NCBI RefSeq assembly: GCF_001194135.2
Contig: NC_068989.1
Span: 71,441,834 to 71,505,541, forward strand
DNA length: 63,708 nucleotides
From: Octopus bimaculoides
Taxonomy: Eukaryota
Direction: 5' to 3'
The position numbers were made by a program, and so were the translations under genes. How positions within the stretch are numbered: the stretch's first letter is position 1; every line of letters begins with the position of its first letter. Below the pieces are notes generated by a model that saw nothing but the letters and a program-made list of their open reading frames with translations, did not search any database and had not been told where the DNA came from. This document shows, one piece after another, positions 38,833 to 52,070 of this stretch.

Positions 38833-39719
38833 AGCACATGGCTACTAACGCCAAGATTCCGAGTTCAATTTCAGGCATTGACCTGAATAATAATGGTGGT
38901 GGTATTGTTGATGACGATGGTGATGATGATGATGACGACGATGATTTGGGAAGTAAAACTTCATCTCAGAAACTTGGTCATAATTCACATGAAAGATATG
39001 TCTCAAAGCAGACAAATTCTTTAAAAACACTTTCAAGAAGTGAAATGTTGAAATGTTTTGCGACAAGCTGCACCAACTGCATCACCTGCAACATTACACC
39101 TTGGCATGATATGCACATAATAAAGAACAGTGATGGTGGTGGTGGTGGTGCTGCTGCTGATCCTCATCATCATTGTCATAGCAGTGACAGTAATGGTAGC
39201 AGCAGTGGTAGTTATTTTGGCAAATTCAAGAAGTGGATAACATGTTTTTAAAAGGATAAACCTTCTTAATGTTAAACAACAGAGATTTTTAAAAGTGGGA
39301 TGTAATAATGGTGGTGGTGGTGGTGGTAGTGGTAATTCTTGTGATGTTTAGGAAACAAAAATGAAGTAAATGGAGAGAGAGAGAGAGCGAGAGAGAGAGT
39401 GAGAGAGAGAGAGGGGGAGAGAATGAAAAATTAAGAAAATATGTTTGTGTTTACTTTAGAGAAGTTATTTTGCAAGAAAAATATTAATCCTCTCATTCTG
39501 AATCAGTTATAACTTTGATAATGATCAAAGTAATGAGAAGGGACTTACACACACACGTTTACACATACACACACACACACACAGATGCATGCAATTACAT
39601 GAACACACATACACATGTGTGCACACACACACACACACACACATACATTAGTAATATTGTATATATGGTCTGATTGTGATGACAACATTTTGCAAACTCG
39701 GTGTATTACAATTAGCAAG

Positions 39720-40130
39720 CTGGGAAAAATGCATAGTGCTATTTTGCCCGTTGCTATGTTCTGAGTTCAAATTCCGCAAAGGTCAACTTTGCCTTTCATC
39801 CTTTCGGGGTCAATAAATTAAGAACCAAAGGCAGCGAGCTGGCAGAAACATTAGCATGCCAGGCAAAATGCTTAGCGGTATTTCATCTGGCTTTATGTTC
39901 TGAGTTCAAATTCCACCAAGGTTGACTTTGCCTTTTATCCTTTCAGGGCCGATAAATTAAGTACCAGTTGCATACTGGGGCCGATCTAATCGAATGCGCC
40001 CCCCCTCCCCAAAAATTTCAAGCTTTATCCCTAGAATAGAAAAAGATATATTAAGTACCAGTGAAACAATGGTTTGATGTAATCAACTGCCTCCCACCAC
40101 CAAATTTCAGGCCTTAAGCCTACAGTAGAA
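39720..40130 (+). mobile_element. Two tandem family B SINE copies
   Basis: gttctgagttcaaattcc...ctttgcctttcatcctttcgggg occurs twice. Confidence 0.8.
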
Positions 40131-40292
40131 AGGATCATTATTATTAATATCAATACTATTATTATCATTATTATTACTATCTTCTCCTTTCAATTTTGTT
40201 CCATTTCTTGTCGAGTGTCTACCCAACACCTAGGGCAAAGAAACTCACTGTATACATTGGTAGGCCATCAAAATAAACACCAGACTGTTTAA

Positions 40293-40673
40293 AGTAGTTG
40301 TATGCTGTCAATTTAATGTGACAGTCCCCTGAAGAGAATAACACTACTGTTGGTTAGACCTAGGAAGCTACACCGCTTCCTGTCGGCCTTGACACATTTC
40401 CTGTGTCCTTATGTTTACAAGGAGGAGACAAGCACCTACATTCCAGCTAAGACTGTATCCAGAGACATGTTTCTGAGTGTTTGCTCGTAAACATAAGGAC
40501 ACAGGAAATGTGTCAAGGCCAACAGGAAGCGGTGCAGCTTCCTAGGTCTAACCAACAGTAGTATTATTCCCTTGAGGGGACTGTCACATTAAGTTGACAG
40601 CATACAACTACTACTTCATCGTATCACTACTGCATAAATCTCTCCGAGAGATTTAGAACTGTATTATTTCTAA
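40293..40673. mobile_element. Fold-back element with a 3' short palindrome, flanked by 13-bp direct repeats
   Basis: Arms ~40293-40420 and ~40485-40612 are reverse complements. Hairpin TAAATCTCTC-C-GAGAGATTTA at 40635-55. ACCAGACTGTTTA at 40279-91 and 40674-86. Confidence 0.7.
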
Positions 40674-40789
40674 ACCAGACTGTTTATTTACAAAGTCATG
40701 TGATAGAAAAAAAATGGGAAGAATGACAGAGGAAAGAAGGGAAGAAAGGAAAAAAACAAAGAAACTATGGGGGAAACAGATAGAAAATT

Positions 40790-41345
40790 CACAGTGACAA
40801 TGCTCTTCTCATATGAGTTAAGACAATTTTTTGCACTTCCTGCATGGATCTTAAGCTTGGGATCATTCTCAAATAATTTTCAGTCCCCTTTTTGATCATT
40901 CCAAGTGCTCCTACAGTCACCCTCTTGAGATGCCACATATTTTTGATTTCAATTGGCAAATCTTTATATTTTCTGAGCTTATCAAATTCTTTTACTGAGA
41001 TATTATGATCACAAGGAATACCCATGTCAATCAATAAACAGATTTTATTGTTTTGGTCGTTCGCAACAATATCTGGTTTATTAACTTTGATGATCTGGTC
41101 TGTATGTATTGGAAAGTCCCAAAGAATCGTTACATTTTCTCCCTCAGTTACAGCCTCAGGATGGTGCTTGTACTATTTGTCAGCAGTTTTGATTTTATAA
41201 TGCCAACATATTATCCAATGTAGATATTGGCCAACTCTGTCACGCTGAGATTCATACTATACTGGCGCTAAAACCTTACACTCAGAGATTAGGTGGTCCA
41301 CTGTTTCAATTTCATCATTGTAGTATCGGCACTTTGGGTCGTCTA
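40790..41345 (-). mobile_element. RLE-type non-LTR retrotransposon C-terminal fragment (zinc knuckle plus endonuclease), R4/Dong-like
   Basis: DPKCRYYNDEIETVDHLISECKVLA...YLHWIICWHY...TILWDFPIHTDQIIKVNKPDIV...CLLIDMGIP...EFDKLRKYKDL...VGALGMIKKG; one internal stop seen. Confidence 0.85.
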
Positions 41346-41361
41346 TTATTATTATTATTAA

Positions 41362-41510
41362 GTGGTGAGCTGGCAGAATCGTAAGCATCCCAGACGAAAT
41401 GCTTTACAGCACTTTGCCTGTCTGCAAGTTCTGAGTTCAAATTCCACCGAGGCCGACTTTGCCTTTCATCCTCATGGATTCAATAAAATAAGTACCAGTT
41501 GAACACTCGG
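41362..41510 (+). mobile_element. Family B SINE
   Basis: Matches the consensus head and body. Confidence 0.75.
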
Positions 41511-41598
41511 TAGGTCTTAATGCACTGAGTATGTCTCAATGCATCTCAATGCAATGTGGGTAAGTCTCAATGCATTTCCAGCACTATTTCTTTACCTC

Positions 41599-41657
<59 letters not shown>

Positions 41658-41809
41658 CTCTAACTCTATCTCTTCTTCCTCACCTTTTCCTATTTGGGTA
41701 GCCAAGTGTCTATAGTAAGACACTATCTCTATCCTTCAGTTATACTCTAACCTCTCACCTGGCACAAAGCCACCTCCCTTGGTACTGTTCCCTCTCCCAG
41801 CCAAAAGGT

Positions 41810-42035
41810 CATTGTCTTGCTGGTGACTTGGTGACCCTACTAATGTTGGTGCCACATAAAAAGCACCCATTACACTCTATATAGTGGTTAGCATTAGGAA
41901 GGGCATCCAGCCATAGAAACCATGCCAAAGCAGACAATGGAGTCTAGTGCAGCCTTCCATCTTGTCAGCTCTTGCCAAATCATCCAACCCATGCTAGCAT
42001 GAAAGACGGATGTTAAATGATGATGTTGATGATAA
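41810..42035 (+). mobile_element. RTE 3' tail
   Basis: Same motifs as the other tails; ends gttaaatgatgatg. Confidence 0.75.
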
Positions 42036-42807
42036 AGCACAAGACCTCAAACTCATGCTTATAAAAGAAAAGCAAATGGGAAGCTGTGAAACAAAACTGG
42101 CTTCAAAAAACATTGCTTTCTTACATAAGTACATTGTCTTAAATTGATCGTCAGGGAAAAGGCAATTAGGAAGATGTGAAATTCATTCTATTCTCAAAAA
42201 AAAAAGGACAGAAAAAAATGATGAGCATTTTTAGTAAAGTGATGTGAAATAGTTTCAAGCAAGGAATTGAAACAATGTAAGTGCACTCGACTCTCTCAAA
42301 CTACAAAATCACATATTCCAGCGCAGCACTTGAGAAAGCAAAACCAAAAATGCAAAAAAAAAAAAACAAAGAAACATTATCAGTAACTTTTAAGTATCAT
42401 AATACCAAAGAGTACATTAAACAGTGAGAATTGAATGGAAAGAAAGAGACTTGTTTTTTGGCAAAAAACCAGCAATATAAGTGAGAGAGAGAGAGAGTAA
42501 AGGAGAGAGGGAGAAAGGGAGACAGAGAGAGAGAAAGAATGATAGGTAAATATAACCCAAAGTGAATTATGATATGATAGCTAAAGCAATCATAACAGAG
42601 CCACACAAGAAAAATTACACAACAAAAATAAGAATGTCAATCTAAAAGGAAAATATAGAAACGATGTGTATGTATATAAAAGAAACATGTATACATATGT
42701 CTCAACATACATATAAACATATACACTTACCTCACACGAACAATACACATGGATGCACGAACATGTGTGTATATAGCAGTGAGTGAGTACATATGTATGT
42801 ATATATA

Positions 42808-43982
42808 TCATCATCATCATCATCATCGTCATCATCGTTTAACGTCCGCTTTCCATGCTAGCATGGGTTGGACGATTTGACTGAGGACTGGTGAAACCGG
42901 ATGGCAACACCAGGCTCCAATCTAAATTTGGCAGTTTCTACAGCTGGATGCCCTTCCTANNNNNNNNNNNNNNNNNNNNNNNNNNNNNNNNNNNNNNNNN
43001 NNNNNNNNNNNNNNNNNNNNNNNNNNNNNNNNNNNNNNNNNNNNNNNNNNNNNNNNNNNNNNNNNNNNNNNNNNNNNNNNNNNNNNNNNNNNNNNNNNNN
43101 NNNNNNNNNNNNNNNNNNNNNNNNNNNNNNNNNNNNNNNNNNNNNNNNNNNNNNNNNNNNNNNNNNNNNNNNNNNNNNNNNNNNNNNNNNNNNNNNNNNN
43201 NNNNNNNNNNNNNNNNNNNNNNNNNNNNNNNNNNNNNNNNNNNNNNNNNNNNNNNNNNNNNNNNNNNNNNNNNNNNNNNNNNNNNNNNNNNNNNNNNNNN
43301 NNNNNNNNNNNNNNNNNNNNNNNNNNNNNNNNNNNNNNNNNNNNNNNNNNNNNNNNNNNNNNNNNNNNNNNNNNNNNNNNNNNNNNNNNNNNNNNNNNNN
43401 NNNNNNNNNNNNNNNNNNNNNNNNNNNNNNNNNNNNNNNNNNNNNNNNNNNNNNNNNNNNNNNNNNNNNNNNNNNNNNNNNNNNNNNNNNNNNNNNNNNN
43501 NNNNNNNNNNNNNNNNNNNNNNNNNNNNNNNNNNNNNNNNNNNNNNNNNNNNNNNNNNNNNNNNNNNNNNNNNNNNNNNNNNNNNNNNNNNNNNNNNNNN
43601 NNNNNNNNNNNNNNNNNNNNNNNNNNNNNNNNNNNNNNNNNNNNNNNNNNNNNNNNNNNNNNNNNNNNNNNNNNNNNNNNNNNNNNNNNNNNNNNNNNNN
43701 NNNNNNNNNNNNNNNNNNNNNNNNNNNNNNNNNNNNNNNNNNNNNNNNNNNNNNNNNNNNNNNNNNNNNNNNNNNNNNNNNNNNNNNNNNNNNNNNNNNN
43801 NACACATGCGTCATACAGTCTGCCTTTTACTCTGAGTGAGAGTCCCTTTGTCGCCAGCAGAGGTAAGAGCTCTCTAAACTTTGCCCAGGCTATTCTTATT
43901 CTAGCAGCTACACTTTCAGCGCACCCACCCCCACTACTAACTTGGTCGCCCAGATAGCGGAAGCTATCGACTACCTCTAGTT
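42808..43982 (-). mobile_element. Young RTE LINE copy spanning an assembly gap
   Basis: Right of the gap: EKLEVVDSFRYLGDQVSSGGGCAESVAARIRIAWAKFRELLPLLATKGLSLRVKGRLYDAC, uninterrupted. Left of the gap: the RTE 3' tail. The gap size is comparable to the missing segment in the 23990-25130 copy. Confidence 0.85.
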
Positions 43983-44017
<35 letters not shown>

Positions 44018-44229
44018 TGCATACATACATACACACTATGCATGCATAAATAGATATTTACATGTATAGATATATGATTGTGATGAAGAAGATGATGATG
44101 ATAAAGATGATGACGACAGTGAAGTTGATGGTGACAATGATGATGACAATGACGACAACGACACTGACGAATCCTCTGTCAGTCTTGACAATGAGTATAA
44201 GGTGGCATATAAAAAACACCATTTGAACG

Positions 44230-44454
44230 TGACCATTGCCAGTATCGCTGGACTGACCCTAGTGCCAGTGGCACGTAAAAGCACTCACTACACTCTTGGA
44301 ATGGTTGGCGTTAGGAAGGGCATCCAGCTGTAGACACTGTGCCAGATCAGATTGGAGCCTGGTGCAGTCATCCGGTTCAACAGTCCTCAGTCAAATCATC
44401 CAACCCATGCCAGCATGGAAAGCGGACGTTAAACGATGATGATGATGATGATGA

Positions 44455-44455
<1 letters not shown>
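44230..44455 (+). mobile_element. RTE 3' tail, low divergence
   Basis: ccagtggcacgtaaaagcac...ggaaagcggacgttaaacgatgatgatgat. Confidence 0.85.
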
Positions 44456-44489
<34 letters not shown>

Positions 44490-44816
44490 GCATATATCAA
44501 GTAACAAACTGAAGAAAGGAATTCCTTCAAAGGGGTGAGTGAAACATCCAATTCACTGGTATGTCAGTTGAATGCTACATAAATATGGGTTTAATTTATT
44601 GTTTACATACATATATTATATATATTATAGACATAAATATATTATATATTTATATACACACACACACACACATGATGACACACGAGGGATATAAAGTGTT
44701 GAAAAAAAAAAGCAAGCTATGTTTTTCAAGCTGTTGTTGATTTTCTAAGAGAAAAAGCAGACAGAAAGCCTAAAAGAAACTACAATAATATTTATAACAA
44801 CAACAACAACAACAAC

Positions 44817-44850
<34 letters not shown>

Positions 44851-45059
44851 GTGATGATGATGACAATGAAAGTGTAGGTGGTGGTGATGATGTGTAAGGA
44901 GATGATGGTGCCGAGAGAAGATAAAAAGCAACAACTCAAGTATTGTCAGTAACATTAACTGGTGTCTATCTACTGCAGCACACCTTTTTTTATTTATTGA
45001 TATAATCATCTTCATAACAGTTTACCTAACTTTTACATATACAGACACACCTTGGTGAG

Positions 45060-45310
45060 TGTATGTGTGTATGCATTATTTCTTTACTACCCACAAGGGG
45101 CTACACACAGAAGGGACAAACAAGGACAGACAAACGGATTAAGTCGATTATATCGACCCCAGTGCCTAACTGGTACTTATTTAATCAACTCCGAAAGGAT
45201 GAAAGGCAGAGTCGACCTCGGCGGAATTTGAACTCAGAACGTAGCGGCAGACGAAATACTGCTAAGCATTTCACCTGGCATGCTAATGTTTCTGCCAGCT
45301 TGCTGCCTTG
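45060..45310 (-). mobile_element. Family B SINE, young near-full copy
   Basis: CpG-rich match to the family consensus. Confidence 0.85.
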
Positions 45311-47249
45311 TGTATGTGTGTGTGTGTGTGTGTGCGCACATACATTAAGTGGTTGACATTAGGAAGGGCATCCGGCCATAGCAACCATGCCAAATGAAAC
45401 TAGACTCTGGTGCAACTCCCCACCCCAGCTTGCCAGCTCTGGTCACACCATCCAACCCACGTTAGCGTGGACAACGGAAATTAAATGATGATGATGATGA
45501 TATATATACATATCTATATACTGCTGGAACTCAGTGATTGCTTGCTTGTGTAAGTGCTTGTCTATAATTTAATACAGCCAAACCGGTGCATAATGAGAAA
45601 GTACTCTGAAATGAAGGTACCCCTGAAATGTGAATACAAACAGAATAAAACAAATTTCGCGTAATTCGGACCATGGATTCCTGAGATACAAGGTCTTTTG
45701 GGGTACCTTCAGAAATGCCCAAAGCGACACATAATGGGAAAATACTCCAAAAGTAACATAACATATATATATGTATATAAATGTATATGTACATATGTAT
45801 ATGTCTATATGTATATGTATNNNNNNNNNNNNNNNNNNNNNNNNNNNNNNNNNNNNNNNNNNNNNNNNNNNNNNNNNNNNNNNNNNNNNNNNNNNNNNNN
45901 NNNNNNNNNNNNNNNNNNNNNNNNNNNNNNNNNNNNNNNNNNNNNNNNNNNNNNNNNNNNNNNNNNNNNNNNNNNNNNNNNNNNNNNNNNNNNNNNNNNN
46001 NNNNNNNNNNNNNNNNNNNNNNNNNNNNNNNNNNNNNNNNNNNNNNNNNNNNNNNNNNNNNNNNNNNNNNNNNNNNNNNNNNNNNNNNNNNNNNNNNNNN
46101 NNNNNNNNNNNNNNNNNNNNNNNNNNNNNNNNNNNNNNNNNNNNNNNNNNNNNNNNNNNNNNNNNNNNNNNNNNNNNNNNNNNNNNNNNNNNNNNNNNNN
46201 NNNNNNNNNNNNNNNNNNNNNNNNNNNNNNNNNNNNNNNNNNNNNNNNNNNNNNNNNNNNNNNNNNNNNNNNNNNNNNNNNNNNNNNNNNNNNNNNNNNN
46301 NNNNNNNNNNNNNNNNNNNNNNNNNNNNNNNNNNNNNNNNNNNNNNNNNNNNNNNNNNNNNNNNNNNNNNNNNNNNNNNNNNNNNNNNNNNNNNNNNNNN
46401 NNNNNNNNNNNNNNNNNNNNNNNNNNNNNNNNNNNNNNNNNNNNNNNNNNNNNNNNNNNNNNNNNNNNNNNNNNNNNNNNNNNNNNNNNNNNNNNNNNNN
46501 NNNNNNNNNNNNNNNNNNNNNNNNNNNNNNNNNNNNNNNNNNNNNNNNNNNNNNNNNNNNNNNNNNNNNNNNNNNNNNNNNNNNNNNNNNNNNNNNNNNN
46601 NNNNNNNNNNNNNNNNNNNNNNNNNNNNNNNNNNNNNNNNNNNNNNNNNNNNNNNNNNNNNNNNNNNNNNNNNNNNNNNNNNNNNNNNNNNNNNNNNNNN
46701 NNNNNNNNNNNNNNNNNNNNNNNNNNNACACACACGTGCACATACACACACATGCGTAAATACACATATATAAACATAAAAAGTAATACAGTTTTCAACA
46801 AGTTTTAATTAAAAGTATATTTTTAAAAAGAGAAACTTTCACCACCCTGTTTAGAGACGTTTTAAATATAGACTGAAGGAGAAAAAATAGAAAAGGAAGG
46901 AAAGATGGATGGATGGAAGAAGAAAACAAAGAAAAGGAAAAAGAAACAAAGAGGAAAAGAAAAGAAATGAATGAGAAATGACAAGAAGAATAAACACTAA
47001 TTGAACAAACTCATTAGGATACTTGAAATATGAGGAAAAAATTAATATTTGACTAATGCATACTCACACACACAATGCAAATACTCACACACACACATAC
47101 ATACATTCATAGACTCAGTAAGAAACTAGTTGAAGGGCATATGCATACTTCATATTCAAATATACATTACCACTCAAATATACATACACACATACATAAA
47201 ACAATACACACATACATAAAGCAATACACACATATATGAAACAATACAC

Positions 47250-47481
47250 AGAGTGGCTGTGTGGTAAGTAGCTTGCTTACCAACCACATGGTTCCGGGTT
47301 CATTCCCACTGCGTGGGACCTTGGGCAAGTGTCTTCNNNNNNNNNNNNNNNNNNNNNNNNNNNNNNNNNNNNNNNNNNNNNNNNNNNNNNNNNNNNNNNN
47401 NNNNNNNNNNNNNNNNNNNNNNNNNNNNNNNNNNNNNNNNNNNNNNNNNNNNNNNNNNNNNNNNNNNNNNNNNNNNNNNNN

Positions 47482-47538
<57 letters not shown>

Positions 47539-47745
47539 TTGTGTGTCTGTGTTTGTCCTCCCAACATCGCTTGACAACCGATGCTGGTGTGTTTATGTCC
47601 CCTTAACTTAGCGGTTTGGCAAAAGAGACCGATAGAATAAGTACTAAGCATCCAAAGAATAAGTCCTGGGGTCGATTTGCTTGACTAAAGGTGGTGCTCC
47701 AGCATGGCTGCAGTCAAATGACTGAAACAAGTAAAAGAGTAAAAC
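47250..47745 (+). mobile_element. Family A SINE, young copy with a gap
   Basis: Head, (TG)n linker and tail ending aagtaaaagagtaaaa. Confidence 0.85.
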
Positions 47746-48141
47746 AGTATATACATACACACACATGGATATTAACCAATAATTTTCTAAAATAGCTCAT
47801 AAGGCCCCAAATTTTGAAGCAAAAGTTATAGTCAATTATATCAAATTCAATACCTGACAACTACTTTATTTCATCAGGTATAGGTAGGGCTGATACTTTT
47901 AATAAATATATATTAGTGACAGAGGAATTATTAACACCAAGAGGTAATATTTATCCCTACTTAAACGTGAATGTTGTGTTAGAACAGTGGTTCCCAAAAG
48001 TGAGCAGTACTGCCCCCTTGTGGGTGGTGGACAGCAAAGTCGACCTTGGTGGAGTTTGAACTCAGAACGTTGTGGCAGACAAAATACTACTAAGCATTTC
48101 GCTTGGTGTGCTAATAATTCTGCCAGCTCACCACCTGAATA

Positions 48142-48185
<44 letters not shown>

Positions 48186-48509
48186 AATAATAATTAATAA
48201 TAATGGAAATTTCAATATTTATAAGAAAACGCATAAAGCAAGGAAATTTTAACATTCAGATAATCTTTGGATTGTATTCTTTGAAATTCCTGGGGTTTTG
48301 TTTTGCTTTGTTAGTTTTTAATTATCTGACTAATTTTATTCAATTTTTTTCGTTCTTTCTTTCTTCCTTTTTACTGTTGAAAAATCAAAATTTTTATAAA
48401 TTTTCACTGATGAACCTACATCACAAAGCTATGAGATGGATGCAGAGGAAAAACGATCGCAAATCTGAGGAAGTTCAAGAATTACATAACAACATGGAGG
48501 ATGTAATGT

Positions 48510-48881
48510 GGTGATGATGATGATGATGACAATGATGATGATGATGATGATAATGATGATGGATGATGATGATGATGATGACAATGATGACAAAAATGAC
48601 AATGATGATGGTGATGATTGTGATTACAATAAAGACATAAGTAATGATAAGAATGACAAAGATGATATGGTGATGATGATGATCAAGGCGGTAATGGTGA
48701 TGATGATGATGACATGTTTATGATGAGGAAGGGGAGGATGAAGATGATGACAATGACAACGAAGACAATGGCGATGATGATGGTGATGACGATGGTGGTG
48801 AGGATCTTGATCATCATAAGGATTGCGGTGATGATGATGCCAATGATAATAACAAGGACAATGATGACTATGATGATGACT

Positions 48882-48916
<35 letters not shown>

Positions 48917-49430
48917 AATGATAATGATGACTATGATGATGAGGATGATAATGATGATGATGACAATGACGATAATGGTGATGATCATAATTATCACGAT
49001 GGTAACAATGATGATGATGACGATGATGACGATGATGACGAAGACAATGATTACCATGACGATGATGACGATGACAATGATTACCATGACAATGATGATG
49101 GCAATGACAAAAACGATGACGACAATAATGATGGTGATGATGATGATGATGATGACAATGACGATAATGGGTCTGATCATCATTATCACGATGGTAACAA
49201 TGATGATCTTGACATTGATGATGATGACAATGATTACTATGACGATGATGACGATGACAATGATCACCATGACAATGATGATGGCAATGACAAAAACGAT
49301 GACGACAATAATGATGGTGATGAGGATGATGGTGATGATAGCGATCAGCGTGATTTGATGATGATACAACAATGATGCTGACAATGATGACGGCGACAGC
49401 GACGACGAACTCGACAAGAATGATGATGAT
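48510..49430. repeat. About 900-bp degenerate (GAT)n array with an internal ~185-bp duplication
   Basis: Direct inspection; gacaatgacgataatgg at 48962 and 49154, ggcaatgacaaaaacgatgacgacaataat at 49101 and 49283. Confidence 0.85.
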
Positions 49431-49643
49431 ACATCAAACCAAACATATTTCGAAATATTTTCAGCAAGGGATTATCTTAATACCTCCTCTGGCTTAACAA
49501 AGTAGAAAAGCATCCAATTTGACATAAATGCACTGTGATGTGCACCAAAACAAACTCTTCCTTATTCAAAATTAATATCAGAACTTCTTGTGCAACAAAC
49601 AATCACTTATGTACTATACATCATATATAATACATACATGCAT

Positions 49644-49674
<31 letters not shown>

Positions 49675-49721
49675 CATATATATACTCATATATATACATA
49701 CAAATACATATATATATATAC

Positions 49722-49763
<42 letters not shown>

Positions 49764-49790
49764 NNNNNNNNNNGTATGTATGTATATATA

Positions 49791-49846
<56 letters not shown>

Positions 49847-50613
49847 ATGCCTCTACACAGTCTCAGTCTACCAAATTCACTCACTAGGTATTGGTTGGCC
49901 CAAGACTATATAGTAAAAAAAAATACTTGCCCAAGGGACTGAACCTAAAATTGTATGATTGCAAAATGAGTTTCTTAACTACACAGCCATAGCAAAAAAA
50001 AAATTTCAGAACAACCATTGCACATTTCAGTTTATTAATGATTCTATGCAAAACCAAATATGAATAACAGATTTTTTATGGCACTCTTGCAACAACTTAT
50101 ATTTTCAAGATGTCCTCACATGAGTTCCATACTACCAATATCCAACATCTGTCACCAACTCCTAAAACAGTATTAGTCTACAGTTCAAATAATGTTGTTG
50201 TTTTGGGGTCATAAAATGGAACTAAGCACCGTTGACTGTGAGAAACAAAACAAGTTTAGCCTCATTTTAAAGAGAATTTCCTGTCAAAATATTTCCAATT
50301 TGCATCATGTGTGTTTATTTTCTGTATCTGATGAAATAAATTTCGCCAGAATCTTTCTTCTTTCGATTTTTTAGTTTAATGGCTGTCAATACCTTAAATG
50401 GTGAGTTAGAATTCAGTGATGATTGAATTATTGTTATTTATTTATTTCTTAATGATGCCAACATGGCTGTGTGGTTAAGAAGCTTGCTTCCCAACCATGT
50501 GGTTTTGGGTTCAATCTCACAGTGTGACACCTTGGGCAAGTGTCTTCTACTATGGCCTTGACATGACCAAAGCTGTGTGAGTTGATTTGGTAGATGTAAA
50601 GTGAAAGAAGTTC

Positions 50614-50652
<39 letters not shown>

Positions 50653-50936
50653 GAGTTCTTGAAATCATGTGATGACTGTAAATCCTAAACCTAACCATCA
50701 TAAAAAGAAATGTTGTTCGTTTCCAGTCTTCAGTAAAAAAAAAACAAAAAAAAAACATGCCTGGCCAAGGGGAAATATTTTGTTTGTAAACAGGTGAAGG
50801 TTGGCAACAGAAAGGGCACCCAGTCATAGAAAATCTGCCTCAACAAATTCTGTCTGACCAATACAAACATGGAAAAATGAACATTAAAATGATGATGATG
50901 ATAGTGGTGATGGTGGTGGTGGTGGTGGTTATGATG

Positions 50937-50967
<31 letters not shown>

Positions 50968-51652
50968 ACTATTTCTTAATGATTAAATAAAGAAATCAAT
51001 GTCCAGAGATTCAATACTTTGTAAAGATGTATAAAAACAGCGGTAATCAATTCAACTGTGTTCAACCTACTTTGGTAAATGAAAATGACATGACATCAGG
51101 TAAAAAATCAATAACAAAAGGTAAAAAACCACATTCATAACATACACCAATGATCATTACACTGTAACACAAAATTTCAGCCAGATTCATGTAATAGTTA
51201 TCTTTTGAGACTAGGCTAATGATATTTTATCAAAAATCTCTTGTTTCTAATAGGATTAAGAGATTTAAACGGAAAAAAAAAACAAAAAAAAACCCTACAG
51301 GACTGTTAATATATATATTCTGCAGCCTTAAGTAATATTTTTTTGAATATGATGTGGACCAGTACGCTCGAGCACACTGGTCTGAGAAGCACTGAATTTT
51401 GTAGATGCCCAACTTTAACCATAACCTTAACCCTAAACTTGAACATTGCTTTCAGTAGTTACAGACTTCAGAGGATTAACAGTTTTGATACCAATATCAA
51501 CCCATCAGAGACTTTCTGTTGTAATCCATTCATACTTAAACTTAAATCTTACATCATAATTCAATATAAGAACCTGTACCAAAGTTATGTTCCAAAGACC
51601 AACTAATTATAATAATAAAAAGCCAAAACAGAGTTAAATATTTTACTAACAC

Positions 51653-52070
51653 ATAAAAAGCATCCGTGCTAGTGCCAGGCAAAAAGAAACTGTGCTGGTG
51701 CCACATAAAAAGCACTGGTGCTGGTGCCCCATAAAAGACACTGGTGTCACATAAGAAGCACAGGTGCTGGTGCCACGTAAGAAGCACTGGTGCTGGTGCC
51801 ACATAAAAGCCACTGGTGCTGGTTCTACATAAAAAGCACTGGTGTTGGTTCCACAAAAAAACCACTGGTGCTGGTGCCCCACAAAAGGCACTGGTGCTGG
51901 TGCCACATAAGAAGCACAAGTGCAGATGCCACGTAAAAAGCACTTGTGCTGGTGCCACATAAAAAGCACAGTTGCTGGTGCCCCATAAAAGGCACTGGTG
52001 CTGGTGCCACATAAAAAGCAGTGGTGCTGGTGCCTCATAAAAGCACTGGTGCTGGTGTCACGCAAAAAGC
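51653..52070 (+). repeat. About 26-bp minisatellite (AAAAGCACTGGTGCTGGTGCCACATA, about 16 units) at the 5' end of an RTE tail (52060-52230)
   Basis: Units counted by eye; the unit equals the gtgctggtgccacgtaaaaagca motif of RTE 3' UTRs elsewhere in the window. Confidence 0.85.

Noticed and set aside
48713-49372. About 220-codon Asp-rich open frame resembling acidic biomineralisation proteins
   Set aside because: A (GAT)n array is open in two of three frames by default. Substitutions hit all three triplet positions, frames shift upstream, and there is no start or splice context.
51412-51442. Telomere-like TAACC(C/T) hexamers
   Set aside because: Only 4-5 degenerate units; too short to call an interstitial telomere.
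51653-52070. CRISPR-like appearance and overlapping Cys/His-rich ORFs
   Set aside because: Tandem units without unique spacers, no cas genes, eukaryotic context; the unit derives from the RTE 3' UTR.
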